A stretch of 64,000 nt of DNA from Candidatus Actinomarina sp. (GTDB lineage Bacteria; Actinomycetota; Acidimicrobiia; Actinomarinales; Actinomarinaceae): NCBI GenBank assembly GCA_038142145.1, contig JAYQJM010000005.1:451816-515815 (forward strand), in the 5' to 3' direction. The notes under the pieces were generated by a model. That model was given only the letters and a program-made list of their open reading frames with translations. It searched no databases and was not told the DNA's origin. Below, piece after piece: positions 19,465 through 28,156 of the stretch. Numbering within the stretch: the stretch's first letter is position 1; every line of letters begins with the position of its first letter. The position numbers and the translations under genes were made by a program.

Positions 19465-19818
19465 TTACTTATTTAATAACTTAATAAAAAGATCATAGGA
19501 CATAGTAACTACTTCGGGAATACCATCGTTAGTTCTTCTTGAATTACCTTCTTTACGCTTTAATTTTTTCCAAAACAATACTGTATTTTCATCACCTGAT
19601 TTTTCTATTGCTTTATCTAAAGATTGATGAATATTGAGATTTTGTCTTGCTTTAGCCTCAATAAAGTATTCTTCTTCCTCAACAAATAGTTGTATATCGC
19701 CTAAATCTTTAGATCCACCTTCAGCAAATCTTTGAGATTTGAATTTTTCATGTTCATTCAATCTATTAACAATATTAGTTTCGTATGTTGTACCCTGTTT
19801 TTTTGCTTTATTTACCAT
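19465..19818 (-). CDS. small PD-(D/E)xK nuclease, Hjc-like putative Holliday junction resolvase
   Basis: 117 aa. QGTTYETNIVNRLNEHEKFKSQRFAEGGSKDLGDIQLFVEEEEYFIEAKAR carries E13, GGS and D41-x12-E54-x-K56. This is the same layout as archaeal Hjc ([45 protein letters not shown]). It occupies the yebC-to-yajC slot that holds ruvCAB in other Actinobacteria. Confidence 0.55.
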   Translation of the reverse strand: MVNKAKKQGTTYETNIVNRLNEHEKFKSQRFAEGGSKDLGDIQLFVEEEEYFIEAKARQNLNIHQSLDKAIEKSGDENTVLFWKKLKRKEGNSRRTNDGIPEVVTMSYDLFIKLLNK

Positions 19819-19838
19819 ATAGGTAAATTTTACTTTTT

Positions 19839-20582
19839 TTATTCAGAAAGTAATGTTTCTAACTCTTTTTCTTCAATATCAAAATTTGTAAAGACCTCTT
19901 GTACATCATCAAGTTCTTCTAGTGAATCTATTATTTTAGAGATGCTTTTTAATTGATCAGCAGATATATTAACTCCAACATTTGGTATGTATGCAATTTC
20001 TGCATTTGACACTATGAATTCTAAATCTTTTAATCCTTCATTTATTTTTTTAAAATCTGATGGATTAAATTCAAAAGTAACACTGTCATTGGACTCAACA
20101 ATGTCTAAACATTCGTTACTTATTGCATAATCAATTAATTCATCACTATATTCATCAAATTGAAATATTGCTTTTCTCTCAAATAAATAATTTACACTTC
20201 CAGGTGTTCCCATAGAACCACCGTGTTTAGTTAAAGTAGCTTTAACATCAGCTGCCGTACGATTTTTGTTATCGGTTAAACAATTAATTAAAATTGCAAC
20301 ACCATGAGGACCGTAGCCTTCGTAAGTAAGTTCAAAAATTTCACCTGCATCTGAATTTCCATCTACTCTCTTTAATGCACGTTCAATATTGTCATTTGGA
20401 ACTGAATTAGATTTTGCTTTCGATATGGCTTGATATAAAGAAGCATTGCTAGAGGGATCTGTACCACCATTTCTTGCGGCAATTTCAATTGCCTTTACTA
20501 ATTTTGCAAATAATTGACCTCTTTTTGCGTCATTTACACCTTTTTTTCTTTTTATAGTTGACCACTTAGAATGACCCGACAT
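19839..20582 (-). CDS. yebC: YebC/PmpR family transcriptional regulator
   Basis: 247 aa. MSGHSKWSTIKRKKG signature. Confidence 0.95.
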   Translation of the reverse strand: MSGHSKWSTIKRKKGVNDAKRGQLFAKLVKAIEIAARNGGTDPSSNASLYQAISKAKSNSVPNDNIERALKRVDGNSDAGEIFELTYEGYGPHGVAILINCLTDNKNRTAADVKATLTKHGGSMGTPGSVNYLFERKAIFQFDEYSDELIDYAISNECLDIVESNDSVTFEFNPSDFKKINEGLKDLEFIVSNAEIAYIPNVGVNISADQLKSISKIIDSLEELDDVQEVFTNFDIEEKELETLLSE

Positions 20583-21147
20583 ATTTACCTTCCTGAATAA
20601 ATTGTTTAAGCCAATCTAGATAATACTCATCATTTGTTAATTCTGGATGGTATGTAAATGAAACTAAATTCTTCTCTTGAACACCAACAACTTCATCAAT
20701 ATGAGTTGATAAAACATTAACCTTGTTTTTATCGTAATCAATTATTTTTGGTGCTCTAATAAAACAATAGATATCTTCATTATCTAAAAACTGCACATTA
20801 CCTTCAAAAGATTCGTTTTGACGACCATACGCATTACGCTGCACTGTTATTGAAATATTTGGTATACATGGAGATCCATCAATGATTTCATTAGCTACTA
20901 ATATTGTCCCTGCACAAGTTGTTAATGTAGGAAGGCCTTCCTTAATTAAATTATCAATATTAGAAAATAAATCATTATATGTGTTTATCTTTCTCATCGC
21001 TGTTGACTCACCACCTGGGAGTATCAGAGAATCTACATCGAATAAATCATCAGGAGTTTTAATTAACGTATAATCTAAATTTATATTTTTTAAAGATTTT
21101 ACGTGATCAAAAAAACTACCTTGTAGAGCAAGTACACCTACAGGCAT
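20566..21147 (-). CDS. pdxT: pyridoxal 5'-phosphate synthase glutaminase subunit
   Basis: 193 aa. GVLALQG, LILPGGEST and the catalytic C in TCAG. Confidence 0.9.
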   Translation of the reverse strand: MPVGVLALQGSFFDHVKSLKNINLDYTLIKTPDDLFDVDSLILPGGESTAMRKINTYNDLFSNIDNLIKEGLPTLTTCAGTILVANEIIDGSPCIPNISITVQRNAYGRQNESFEGNVQFLDNEDIYCFIRAPKIIDYDKNKVNVLSTHIDEVVGVQEKNLVSFTYHPELTNDEYYLDWLKQFIQEGKYVGSF

Positions 21148-22032
21148 CTACCAACCTCTTTTTGCTAACTTCTCTTCTTCCGTTAGTGTATCGATATTGA
21201 TACCTACCATAGGTTCTCCTAAGTCCTTGGAAACTTCAGCAAGTATTTTAGGATCGTTATAGTTAGTTGTTGCTACAACGATAGCTTCGGCTCGTTCTGC
21301 GGGATCTCCACTTTTAAAAATACCTGAACCGACAAAAACACCATCACAACCTAATTGCATCATTAATGCTGCATCAGCAGGAGTTGCTATACCTCCAGCA
21401 GCAAAATTAACTACAGGTAACTTAGCTTCTTCTTTAATTTGTTCCAAGATATGAAGTGGAGCACCATATTTTTTTGAAATTGCAACAAGTTGATTTGTGT
21501 CAGAAGCTAAAACCTCATTAATTTCGTTAGTAATTGTTCTCATATGTCTCACAGCTTCAATTACATTACCAGTTCCCGCTTCACCTTTAGTCCTAATCAT
21601 AGAAGCACCTTCAGCTATCCTTCTAGTTGCTTCCCCTAGACCAGTTGCACCACAAACAAATGGTGTTTTAAAATTATTTTTATTAATGTGATTTACTTCA
21701 TCTGCTGGAGTTAAAACTTCAGATTCATCAATGAAATCGATACCAATAGATTCAATTATTTGAGCTTCAACAAAATGACCAATTCTAGCTTTTGCCATAA
21801 CTGGTATAGAAACAGCATCCATAACTTCTTGAATAACTCCAACTGATGACATTCTTGCCACTCCACCTTCAGCTCGAATATCAGCTGGTATTCTTTCTAA
21901 TGCCATTACTGCAACTGCACCAGATTTTTCTGCAATGACAGCTTGCTCAGCATTTACGACGTCCATAATAACGCCACCTTTAAGCATTTCTGCCAAACCT
22001 TTTTTAATTTTTGATGTTGCTTCTATTTTCAT
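21148..22032 (-). CDS. pdxS: pyridoxal 5'-phosphate synthase lyase subunit
   Basis: 294 aa. [15 protein letters not shown] and FVGSGIFKS. Confidence 0.97.
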   Translation of the reverse strand: MKIEATSKIKKGLAEMLKGGVIMDVVNAEQAVIAEKSGAVAVMALERIPADIRAEGGVARMSSVGVIQEVMDAVSIPVMAKARIGHFVEAQIIESIGIDFIDESEVLTPADEVNHINKNNFKTPFVCGATGLGEATRRIAEGASMIRTKGEAGTGNVIEAVRHMRTITNEINEVLASDTNQLVAISKKYGAPLHILEQIKEEAKLPVVNFAAGGIATPADAALMMQLGCDGVFVGSGIFKSGDPAERAEAIVVATTNYNDPKILAEVSKDLGEPMVGINIDTLTEEEKLAKRGW

Positions 22033-22049
22033 AAGATAATTTTAACCCA

Positions 22050-23030
22050 TCACTTTAAATACAATAAAATGTATTCTTGCATATTTTTTCGTAAATCATA
22101 TTTTGAAATATGTTCTCTTTGTTTATTAAATATGTTTACCAAATTGTTCCTTGATAAGTTATTTAATGTTTCTATTAAATCATCAAGGTTATTGTTTTTA
22201 AAATATATTCCAGAATCTTCAAGTACATCTTTAAACGCTTCAATATCCGAAGATACAGCTATACATCCATTATTTATTGCTTCAAGTAATGTAATACCAA
22301 AACTTTCACCATGTGAGTTAAGCGCTAAGTAAATTCCTGCATTTTTAATAGTTTCAATTTTCTCTTTGTTGCTTACATTTAATTTATACAGAATACGTTC
22401 ATTAGTACCTTTTTCATTTGTAATTGCAACATAGTTATAAGAAGTATTTAATGAATTTGATAAATCTTCGAAAAGTTTAATATTTTTTCTTTTTTCATTT
22501 CTGCCGATAAATAAATAAGTTGATAAATTATTAAAATTTATTGAATTATCGATTTCAATCATATTTGGAATAATTACTGGAAAAGTTTTCATAGTTAGTG
22601 CATTAGGTGTAGAAGAATCACTAACTGCAACAGAAATATTATTTAATTTTTTAAAAAAATATAAAAACTTTAACAAGAAAATCACAAACTTTGAAAAACT
22701 AGCATGAAATGTAAAAATTAACTTTTTATTTTTAGGTAAATTCCAAAATAAAAGTGGAATGTGTGGCTCGTGTACATGAATAACATCTGCCCAGTTGTAT
22801 GCTTCTTTTAATAACTTCCTAGATGGAAGTATTGATAAGTTTGATTTTGACCCATTAAATGGAATCTTAAACGTATTTTTTATATTAAAGTCATTTGATG
22901 CAGGGGCTAAAATTTTAGATTCAAAATTATCTAAGTTATTTAAATAATTATTAATAAGATTAATTTGTTCTTGTACGCCACCAAAGGTGAGTAAATTGTA
23001 CTGTGTAACTTGTAGAACTTTAGTATTCAC
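22050..23030 (-). CDS. pimA: GT4 glycosyltransferase, PimA-like (phosphatidylinositol mannosyltransferase candidate)
   Basis: 326 aa. N-terminal FGGVQEQ (PimA has GGVQ) and C-terminal ESFGITLLEA (E-x7-E). It lies next to patA-like and pgsA, as in Mycobacterium. Confidence 0.65.
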   Translation of the reverse strand: MNTKVLQVTQYNLLTFGGVQEQINLINNYLNNLDNFESKILAPASNDFNIKNTFKIPFNGSKSNLSILPSRKLLKEAYNWADVIHVHEPHIPLLFWNLPKNKKLIFTFHASFSKFVIFLLKFLYFFKKLNNISVAVSDSSTPNALTMKTFPVIIPNMIEIDNSINFNNLSTYLFIGRNEKRKNIKLFEDLSNSLNTSYNYVAITNEKGTNERILYKLNVSNKEKIETIKNAGIYLALNSHGESFGITLLEAINNGCIAVSSDIEAFKDVLEDSGIYFKNNNLDDLIETLNNLSRNNLVNIFNKQREHISKYDLRKNMQEYILLYLK

Positions 23031-23866
23031 TAGTCCAAATTGGTTGAATTGAATGCCATTGGTTTGGATCTAATTTTATAAGATCCTCTAGTTGTTTCGC
23101 TAAAATTTTAAGTCCGTGTTGAATGCTTTGAGCTTCGTTTTCAAAATGTGGAACAAAAAAAGGATTACCAAAAATTAATTTATATTTGTTATCTTTCTTT
23201 AGAAAAGTTGCGGGAATAATAGGGAGCTGTGTTTTTAAAGCTATAGCGACAGGACCTTTAGGGAATGCAGCCATATTATTAAAAAATTCAACTCCTACAC
23301 CTGATTTACCAACATGTCTGTCTGATAAAAGACATACGTGATAGCCTTCATCTAATTTTCTGACTACTTCATCAAAAGTGTTTTGACCTTTACCACCTAA
23401 AATTATTTTGCAACCCAAATCTTCTCTTAATGATGTAAACCAATTTAAAATTTTTTCATCTTCTAAAGGTTCTGCAACCGCTAATAAATTTAAACCTAAT
23501 CCTTCTCCTTGAGGTATTGCAAACTCCCAATTCCCAACATGAGGTAAAGCAATAATGTAGGAGTTAAATGATTTATTTAATTTTGATATCTCTTCACCAT
23601 TTATAATTTCAACTAAATGGATCTACATATTTTTTATAACCTGCTTTTGTTAACCATATGGTTTCAATCCAATATTTAACATAATTAATCTTTACTTTCA
23701 AAATTGAATATCCCTCAATAAAATTTTTCCTTTTTGATATTCTAAAATTTTGTAAAGGTGTAAAAAAATAATTAATAATTCCAAATGGATATGCAAATAA
23801 TAAAACAAGATTGAGTGGCATCTTACGAATAAATAGATGGATATTTTTTATTAAAACAAATTTCAT
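23020..23866 (-). pseudogene. patA: LpxL/HtrB-PatA family lipid acyltransferase interrupted by a +1/-1 frameshift
   Basis: The track shows two pieces, 23609..23866 and 23020..23418. My translation shows the downstream frame is open from 23622: IHLVEIINGEEISKLNKSFNSYIIALPHVGNWEFAIPQGEGLGLNLLAVAEPLEDEKILNWFTSLREDLGCKIIL... It contains the acyltransferase HX4E motif HVGNWE. The two frames overlap only at 23612..23622. Confidence 0.7.
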
Positions 23867-24435
23867 GAATCTAAAGAATTATATAGATGTAAGAATCTCT
23901 GTATGGCTGTTAACCAAACTATAAAAGTAAATAAATACACAAAAACAAAATCGAAATTGAAATACATGAAAAATATTGCAAACAAAACACGTTCAGGTCT
24001 AGCAGCAATGCCGTATTTATTATCTATACCGTGAAGTTCTGACTTAGCTCTCATATAAGGGATAATATTTGATCCTACGACAATTGAAAAGATTGTAAAC
24101 AATTCTAACGGATTAGATGTATAGGATATTCCTACCACACCCCATATTATTAACTCTCCTACCCTGTCTATAAAAGAATCTAACACTGCACCTTTATTAG
24201 ATGAAAGATTTGTTTTTCTTGCATACGGTCCATCTAAGCCGTCAATTGCACTACCTAAAAATATAAATACTATACCTAAATTAATATTTGATTCGTAAAA
24301 AAAATAAGACCCAAGCAAAATTACTATCAAGCCAATAAATGAAACAGTATTTGGTTTAACTTTTAATTTTATTAAAACGTAAATAAAAGGCTCAGCAAAT
24401 TTCTCACTTGCTTTTTTAAAATATCTTTCAAGCAT
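23863..24435 (-). CDS. pgsA: CDP-alcohol phosphatidyltransferase (phosphatidylinositol-phosphate synthase-like)
   Basis: 190 aa. DGLDGPYARKTNLSSNKGAVLDSFIDRVGE matches D-G-x2-A-R-x8-G-x3-D-x3-D. Confidence 0.85.
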   Translation of the reverse strand: MLERYFKKASEKFAEPFIYVLIKLKVKPNTVSFIGLIVILLGSYFFYESNINLGIVFIFLGSAIDGLDGPYARKTNLSSNKGAVLDSFIDRVGELIIWGVVGISYTSNPLELFTIFSIVVGSNIIPYMRAKSELHGIDNKYGIAARPERVLFAIFFMYFNFDFVFVYLFTFIVWLTAIQRFLHLYNSLDS

Positions 24436-24913
24436 TTATATTTTCAGTATATGGTTCGGTTACAACTATTCCTGAAAATGCATTTATTTCTACAATTGTT
24501 TTTTTAATTGGTGGATTTTCGTGAGAATAAACTATTACAGTCCAAACTGGTGTAAGAATTGATTTAATTGAAAAATTAAATGTTAAAGCAATAGAGTAAT
24601 ATCCAATAGAATGAGGAATTAAAGTTGAAATGTTTTCAATAACTTCACTTTGATTGATTTTAAATTTGTTGTTAATGATAGTTAAAAAAATTGTAATAAA
24701 AGTTATCACTACAAATACAGGTAAAAAGTTAATAAAATCTAAAAAATATGAAGCTGCTAGAAATAACAATCCAACTATAAAACTTAGTGCTGGATAAACT
24801 TTTCTCTTTGAAGGGTTTGGAACTACATAGCTACCAACTGCAAGTGAGTTTAAGTCGTCAGGCAGATATTCTTGATCAGCATCTTCTTGATTTATGTTTA
24901 TTCCATCAACCAT
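24428..24913 (-). CDS. hypothetical membrane protein (2-3 TM)
   Basis: 161 aa. Acidic N-terminus followed by hydrophobic helices. It is tightly coupled between thrS and pgsA. No recognisable motif. Confidence 0.55.
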   Translation of the reverse strand: MVDGININQEDADQEYLPDDLNSLAVGSYVVPNPSKRKVYPALSFIVGLLFLAASYFLDFINFLPVFVVITFITIFLTIINNKFKINQSEVIENISTLIPHSIGYYSIALTFNFSIKSILTPVWTVIVYSHENPPIKKTIVEINAFSGIVVTEPYTENINA

Positions 24914-26843
24914 GTAAATTAAATTCCGGTTCTTTTAAATAATCAGCAATTTTTTGAATTGCATCTTTTAAAGATAAATCTTTTTCATTATCTAAATTTT
25001 TAAAGTTAAGTGCCACAGTACTGTTGTCTTTGTCGTTTTCACCGATAATCATTTGTATGGGTGTACGTAACTTTTCTGAATTATGTAATTTCTCACCTAA
25101 ACGAACATTTCTATTATCAATATTTATACGATATTTATCTAAAGAAGTTTTTACTTCATCAACATATTCATCAACATCTCCAATTGTGCAAATATCTATC
25201 TGAACAGGAGCTAACCAGCCAGGGAGTTCGCCGGCATAGTGCTCTAATAATACCCCAGTAAACCTTTCAATAGATCCAAGTAAAGCTCTATGAAGCATTA
25301 CAGGTCTTACCTTTTCATTATTTTTGTTTACATATTGGATATCGAAATTATCTGGTTGAGCAAAATCAACTTGTATTGTAGAAAGCTGCCATCTTCTTCC
25401 AATTGCATCTTTTGCGTGCAAATCAATTTTTGGACCATAAAACGCACCTTCACCATCTGCGGTTATATATGGAACTTCTAGATCATTTAATGATTTTTTA
25501 AGACTATCAGTAGCTATATCCCAATCCTCGTCAGAACCAATTGACTTTTCAGGTCTAGTTGATAAATCTGCTTCTATTTCATGTAAGCCAAAAGAATTTA
25601 ATAATTTAATTGAGAAATTAAGCAATGTTTTTACTTCTTCATTAATTTGTTCAATACTACAAAATATATGCGCATCATCTTGAGTAAACCCTCTAAGCCT
25701 CAACATGCCATGGAGTACTCCTGTTTTTTCATATCTGTAAACTGAACCAAATTCAAATAATCTTATTGGCAATTCTCTATAAGAATGTATATCACTTTTA
25801 TAAACCAAAATATGGAATGGACAGTTCATTGGCTTTAAATAGTAGGTTTCATCATTTTCTTGATGAACAAGTGGTGGAAACATATTTTCTTTATAATGTT
25901 GTAAATGTCCCGAAGTTTCCCAAAGAACACTTTTACCTATATGTGGAGTGTTAACTAATTGATATCCGTTTTTTAAATGTGCATTTTTTGAATATGTCTC
26001 TATTAAATCTCTAAGAACTGCTCCTTTAGGTTTCCAAAGAAAATTACCTGAACCTAGTTCTTCAGCTGTAGTAAAAAGATTCATTTCATTTCCTAATTTT
26101 CTATGATCTCTTTTCTCAGCTTCTTCTTGTTGGTTAAGGTATTTTTCAAGATCATCTTTTGTAAACCAAGAAGTACCGTAAATTCTTTGTAGCTGTACAT
26201 TATTTTCGTCACCTCTCCAGTAAGCACCAGATATTTTTGTTAATTTGAAATGTTTTAGTATAGAAGTATTCGGTACATGCGGTCCCATGCAAAGATCTTT
26301 GAATTCATCATTGCTATATATAGAAACATTTTCCTCAGTAATACCTTCACTAGATTCAGCAGTTTCTATAAGTTCTAACTTTAAACTTTGATCTTTGAAA
26401 TGTTTAGATGCTTCTTCTTTTGTAATCTCTGTTCTTATAAAGCTTTGTTGCAAAGATGCAATTCTTGACATCTCATTTTCAATTTTTGGTAATTCATCTT
26501 CTGATATGGGCTTTTCAAAAAGAAAGTCATAATAGAATCCATTTTCAATACTAGGTCCTACACCAAATTGAGCATTTGGATATAGGTTTAACACAGCCTG
26601 TGCCAGGATATGAGCTGATGAATGTCTAAGTATATGTAAAGAATCTAAGTCTCTATTAGTTAGGATGCGTATATCTGAATCCTCATTAACGACAAAACTA
26701 AGATCTTTAAATGAATTGTTGATTTCAATACAGATAGAATCTTTAGCTAATTTAGGACCTATGCTTTCAGCAACTTCTAGGCCTGTTAAAGGACTTTCGT
26801 ATTCACGAATACTTCCGTCAGGTAATGTAATTTTGATTGACAT
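24906..26843 (-). CDS. thrS: threonine--tRNA ligase
   Basis: 645 aa. TGS N-terminus, HILRHSSAHILA, RGFTQDDAHIF and a C-terminal anticodon-binding domain. Confidence 0.97.
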   Translation of the reverse strand: MSIKITLPDGSIREYESPLTGLEVAESIGPKLAKDSICIEINNSFKDLSFVVNEDSDIRILTNRDLDSLHILRHSSAHILAQAVLNLYPNAQFGVGPSIENGFYYDFLFEKPISEDELPKIENEMSRIASLQQSFIRTEITKEEASKHFKDQSLKLELIETAESSEGITEENVSIYSNDEFKDLCMGPHVPNTSILKHFKLTKISGAYWRGDENNVQLQRIYGTSWFTKDDLEKYLNQQEEAEKRDHRKLGNEMNLFTTAEELGSGNFLWKPKGAVLRDLIETYSKNAHLKNGYQLVNTPHIGKSVLWETSGHLQHYKENMFPPLVHQENDETYYLKPMNCPFHILVYKSDIHSYRELPIRLFEFGSVYRYEKTGVLHGMLRLRGFTQDDAHIFCSIEQINEEVKTLLNFSIKLLNSFGLHEIEADLSTRPEKSIGSDEDWDIATDSLKKSLNDLEVPYITADGEGAFYGPKIDLHAKDAIGRRWQLSTIQVDFAQPDNFDIQYVNKNNEKVRPVMLHRALLGSIERFTGVLLEHYAGELPGWLAPVQIDICTIGDVDEYVDEVKTSLDKYRINIDNRNVRLGEKLHNSEKLRTPIQMIIGENDKDNSTVALNFKNLDNEKDLSLKDAIQKIADYLKEPEFNLHG

Positions 26844-26919
26844 ACTTCAATAATAATAATGGTGTAACAATATATTTTTTAAGTAGAAAACATTTAAATT
26901 TATTCAATAAAATTAAATT

Positions 26920-27498
26920 ATGAAATTTGAAATACACATTAATCAAAATGAAATTTGTATTGATTTTAAAAAAATAGTTAATAAATATAATGTTTCAATA
27001 AATTATGACTTTGTAAATGAATATCAATTAATGCCATCAAAATTTTCAATAATTCCAATAACAAAAAACAACATAAATTCAATAGACATTCGAAATTTAA
27101 ATATATATGGGCTAACAAACAAAGGTTTTAAATTGATTAATAATTATTTAGATATTGATGAGAAAGAATTTAGAAAAATAACAAAGAATAAAAGATTTAA
27201 CAAATTTAATATTAAAAAAGTTACAAAAGATATTAAGAATAAAAATTATTCTTCCAAAGATATGAAATTTGCATTGTATGCGTATGCGTATTGCTACTAC
27301 ATCCCCTACAACAACCAGAATTATTCACTATATCTCTCTAAGAAACTAAATTATTCTGATGCTTACATTAAGAATTTAACAAAAGAACTCTTTAGTAAAA
27401 AATATTTAATTAAACAAGGAAAAGGAGTACCCGGAGGGTTGTTTTCAAGTGAATTAATTAAATTATTTAATTCTCAAGAATTTCAACAGTACTTATAA
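26920..27498 (+). CDS. hypothetical N/K-rich protein (ORFan)
   Basis: 192 aa in extremely AT-rich DNA. The C-terminal stretch LSKKLNYSDAYIKNLTKELFSKKYLIKQGKG could be a helix-turn-helix. The 3' end overlaps the convergent PPIase gene by 32 nt. Confidence 0.4.
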   Translation: MKFEIHINQNEICIDFKKIVNKYNVSINYDFVNEYQLMPSKFSIIPITKNNINSIDIRNLNIYGLTNKGFKLINNYLDIDEKEFRKITKNKRFNKFNIKKVTKDIKNKNYSSKDMKFALYAYAYCYYIPYNNQNYSLYLSKKLNYSDAYIKNLTKELFSKKYLIKQGKGVPGGLFSSELIKLFNSQEFQQYL

Positions 27499-28105
27499 CA
27501 ACATCTTCCAAAGGTTTGTCGGCTGAATCTGTTTGAACAGCTGCTATTTTATCTATAACATCAAGGCCATCAATTACATTTCCAAATATTGTGTAATTGT
27601 AAGGAAGTGGATAATCCACATGCATAATGAAAAATTGACTTCCATTTGTGTTAGGTCCTCTATTAGCCATAGCTAAAATTCCTTTTTCATATGGTCTAGG
27701 ATTATCAAGTTCGTCTTCGAATTCATATCCAGGGTACTTTCCATAGTCACCATGACCAGTTCCAGATGGGTCTCCTCCTTGAATCATGAAACCAGAAATA
27801 ACTCTGTGAAAAATAATTCCATCGTAATATCCATCTTTAGCTAAAGTTACAAAGTTGTTAACAGTCATAGGAGCATCATCTGTAAAAAATTCTATGGTCA
27901 TATCACCTAAATTTGTCTTAACTATAGCTTGATATGTTTTTGAATTATCTAAATTCATAGCGTGAGGCTGCGAGTAAGTTTTATCTGCCACTTGTTCTCC
28001 AATCGTAGTAGTTGTTTCTTCAATCTCTATTTCAGGGTTATTTGCTTCTTCGCTGTTTCCACCGCAGAATGAAAAAATTAATAATAATATCAATAGTTTC
28101 TTCAT
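27467..28105 (-). CDS. cyclophilin-type peptidyl-prolyl cis-trans isomerase, lipoprotein
   Basis: 212 aa. Signal peptide plus lipobox (FSFCGG), a TTTT linker, and FHRVISGFMIQGGDP and SQFFI cyclophilin motifs. An AGGAG SD lies upstream. Confidence 0.9.
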   Translation of the reverse strand: MKKLLILLLIFSFCGGNSEEANNPEIEIEETTTTIGEQVADKTYSQPHAMNLDNSKTYQAIVKTNLGDMTIEFFTDDAPMTVNNFVTLAKDGYYDGIIFHRVISGFMIQGGDPSGTGHGDYGKYPGYEFEDELDNPRPYEKGILAMANRGPNTNGSQFFIMHVDYPLPYNYTIFGNVIDGLDVIDKIAAVQTDSADKPLEDVVISTVEILEN

Positions 28106-28156
28106 ATAATCTCCTGAATTAGTAAGTTCATATTTAATTTTATAGTTGTAAAAAAT

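Noticed and set aside
2341-26853. Plus-strand ORFs of the six-frame track that lie inside the minus-strand housekeeping train: 2341..2556, 6956..7183, 9740..10075, 12673..12963, 13172..13390, 15082..15393, 16593..16781, 18309..18539, 18869..19213, 19732..19956, 20882..21073, 21497..21691, 22069..22332, 25061..25261, 25290..25481, 25766..25954 and 26665..26853.
   Set aside because: Each is wholly antisense to a gene with strong family motifs. Their sequences are low-complexity (L/S/F/I-rich), typical of antisense frames in AT-rich DNA, with no motifs or independent support.
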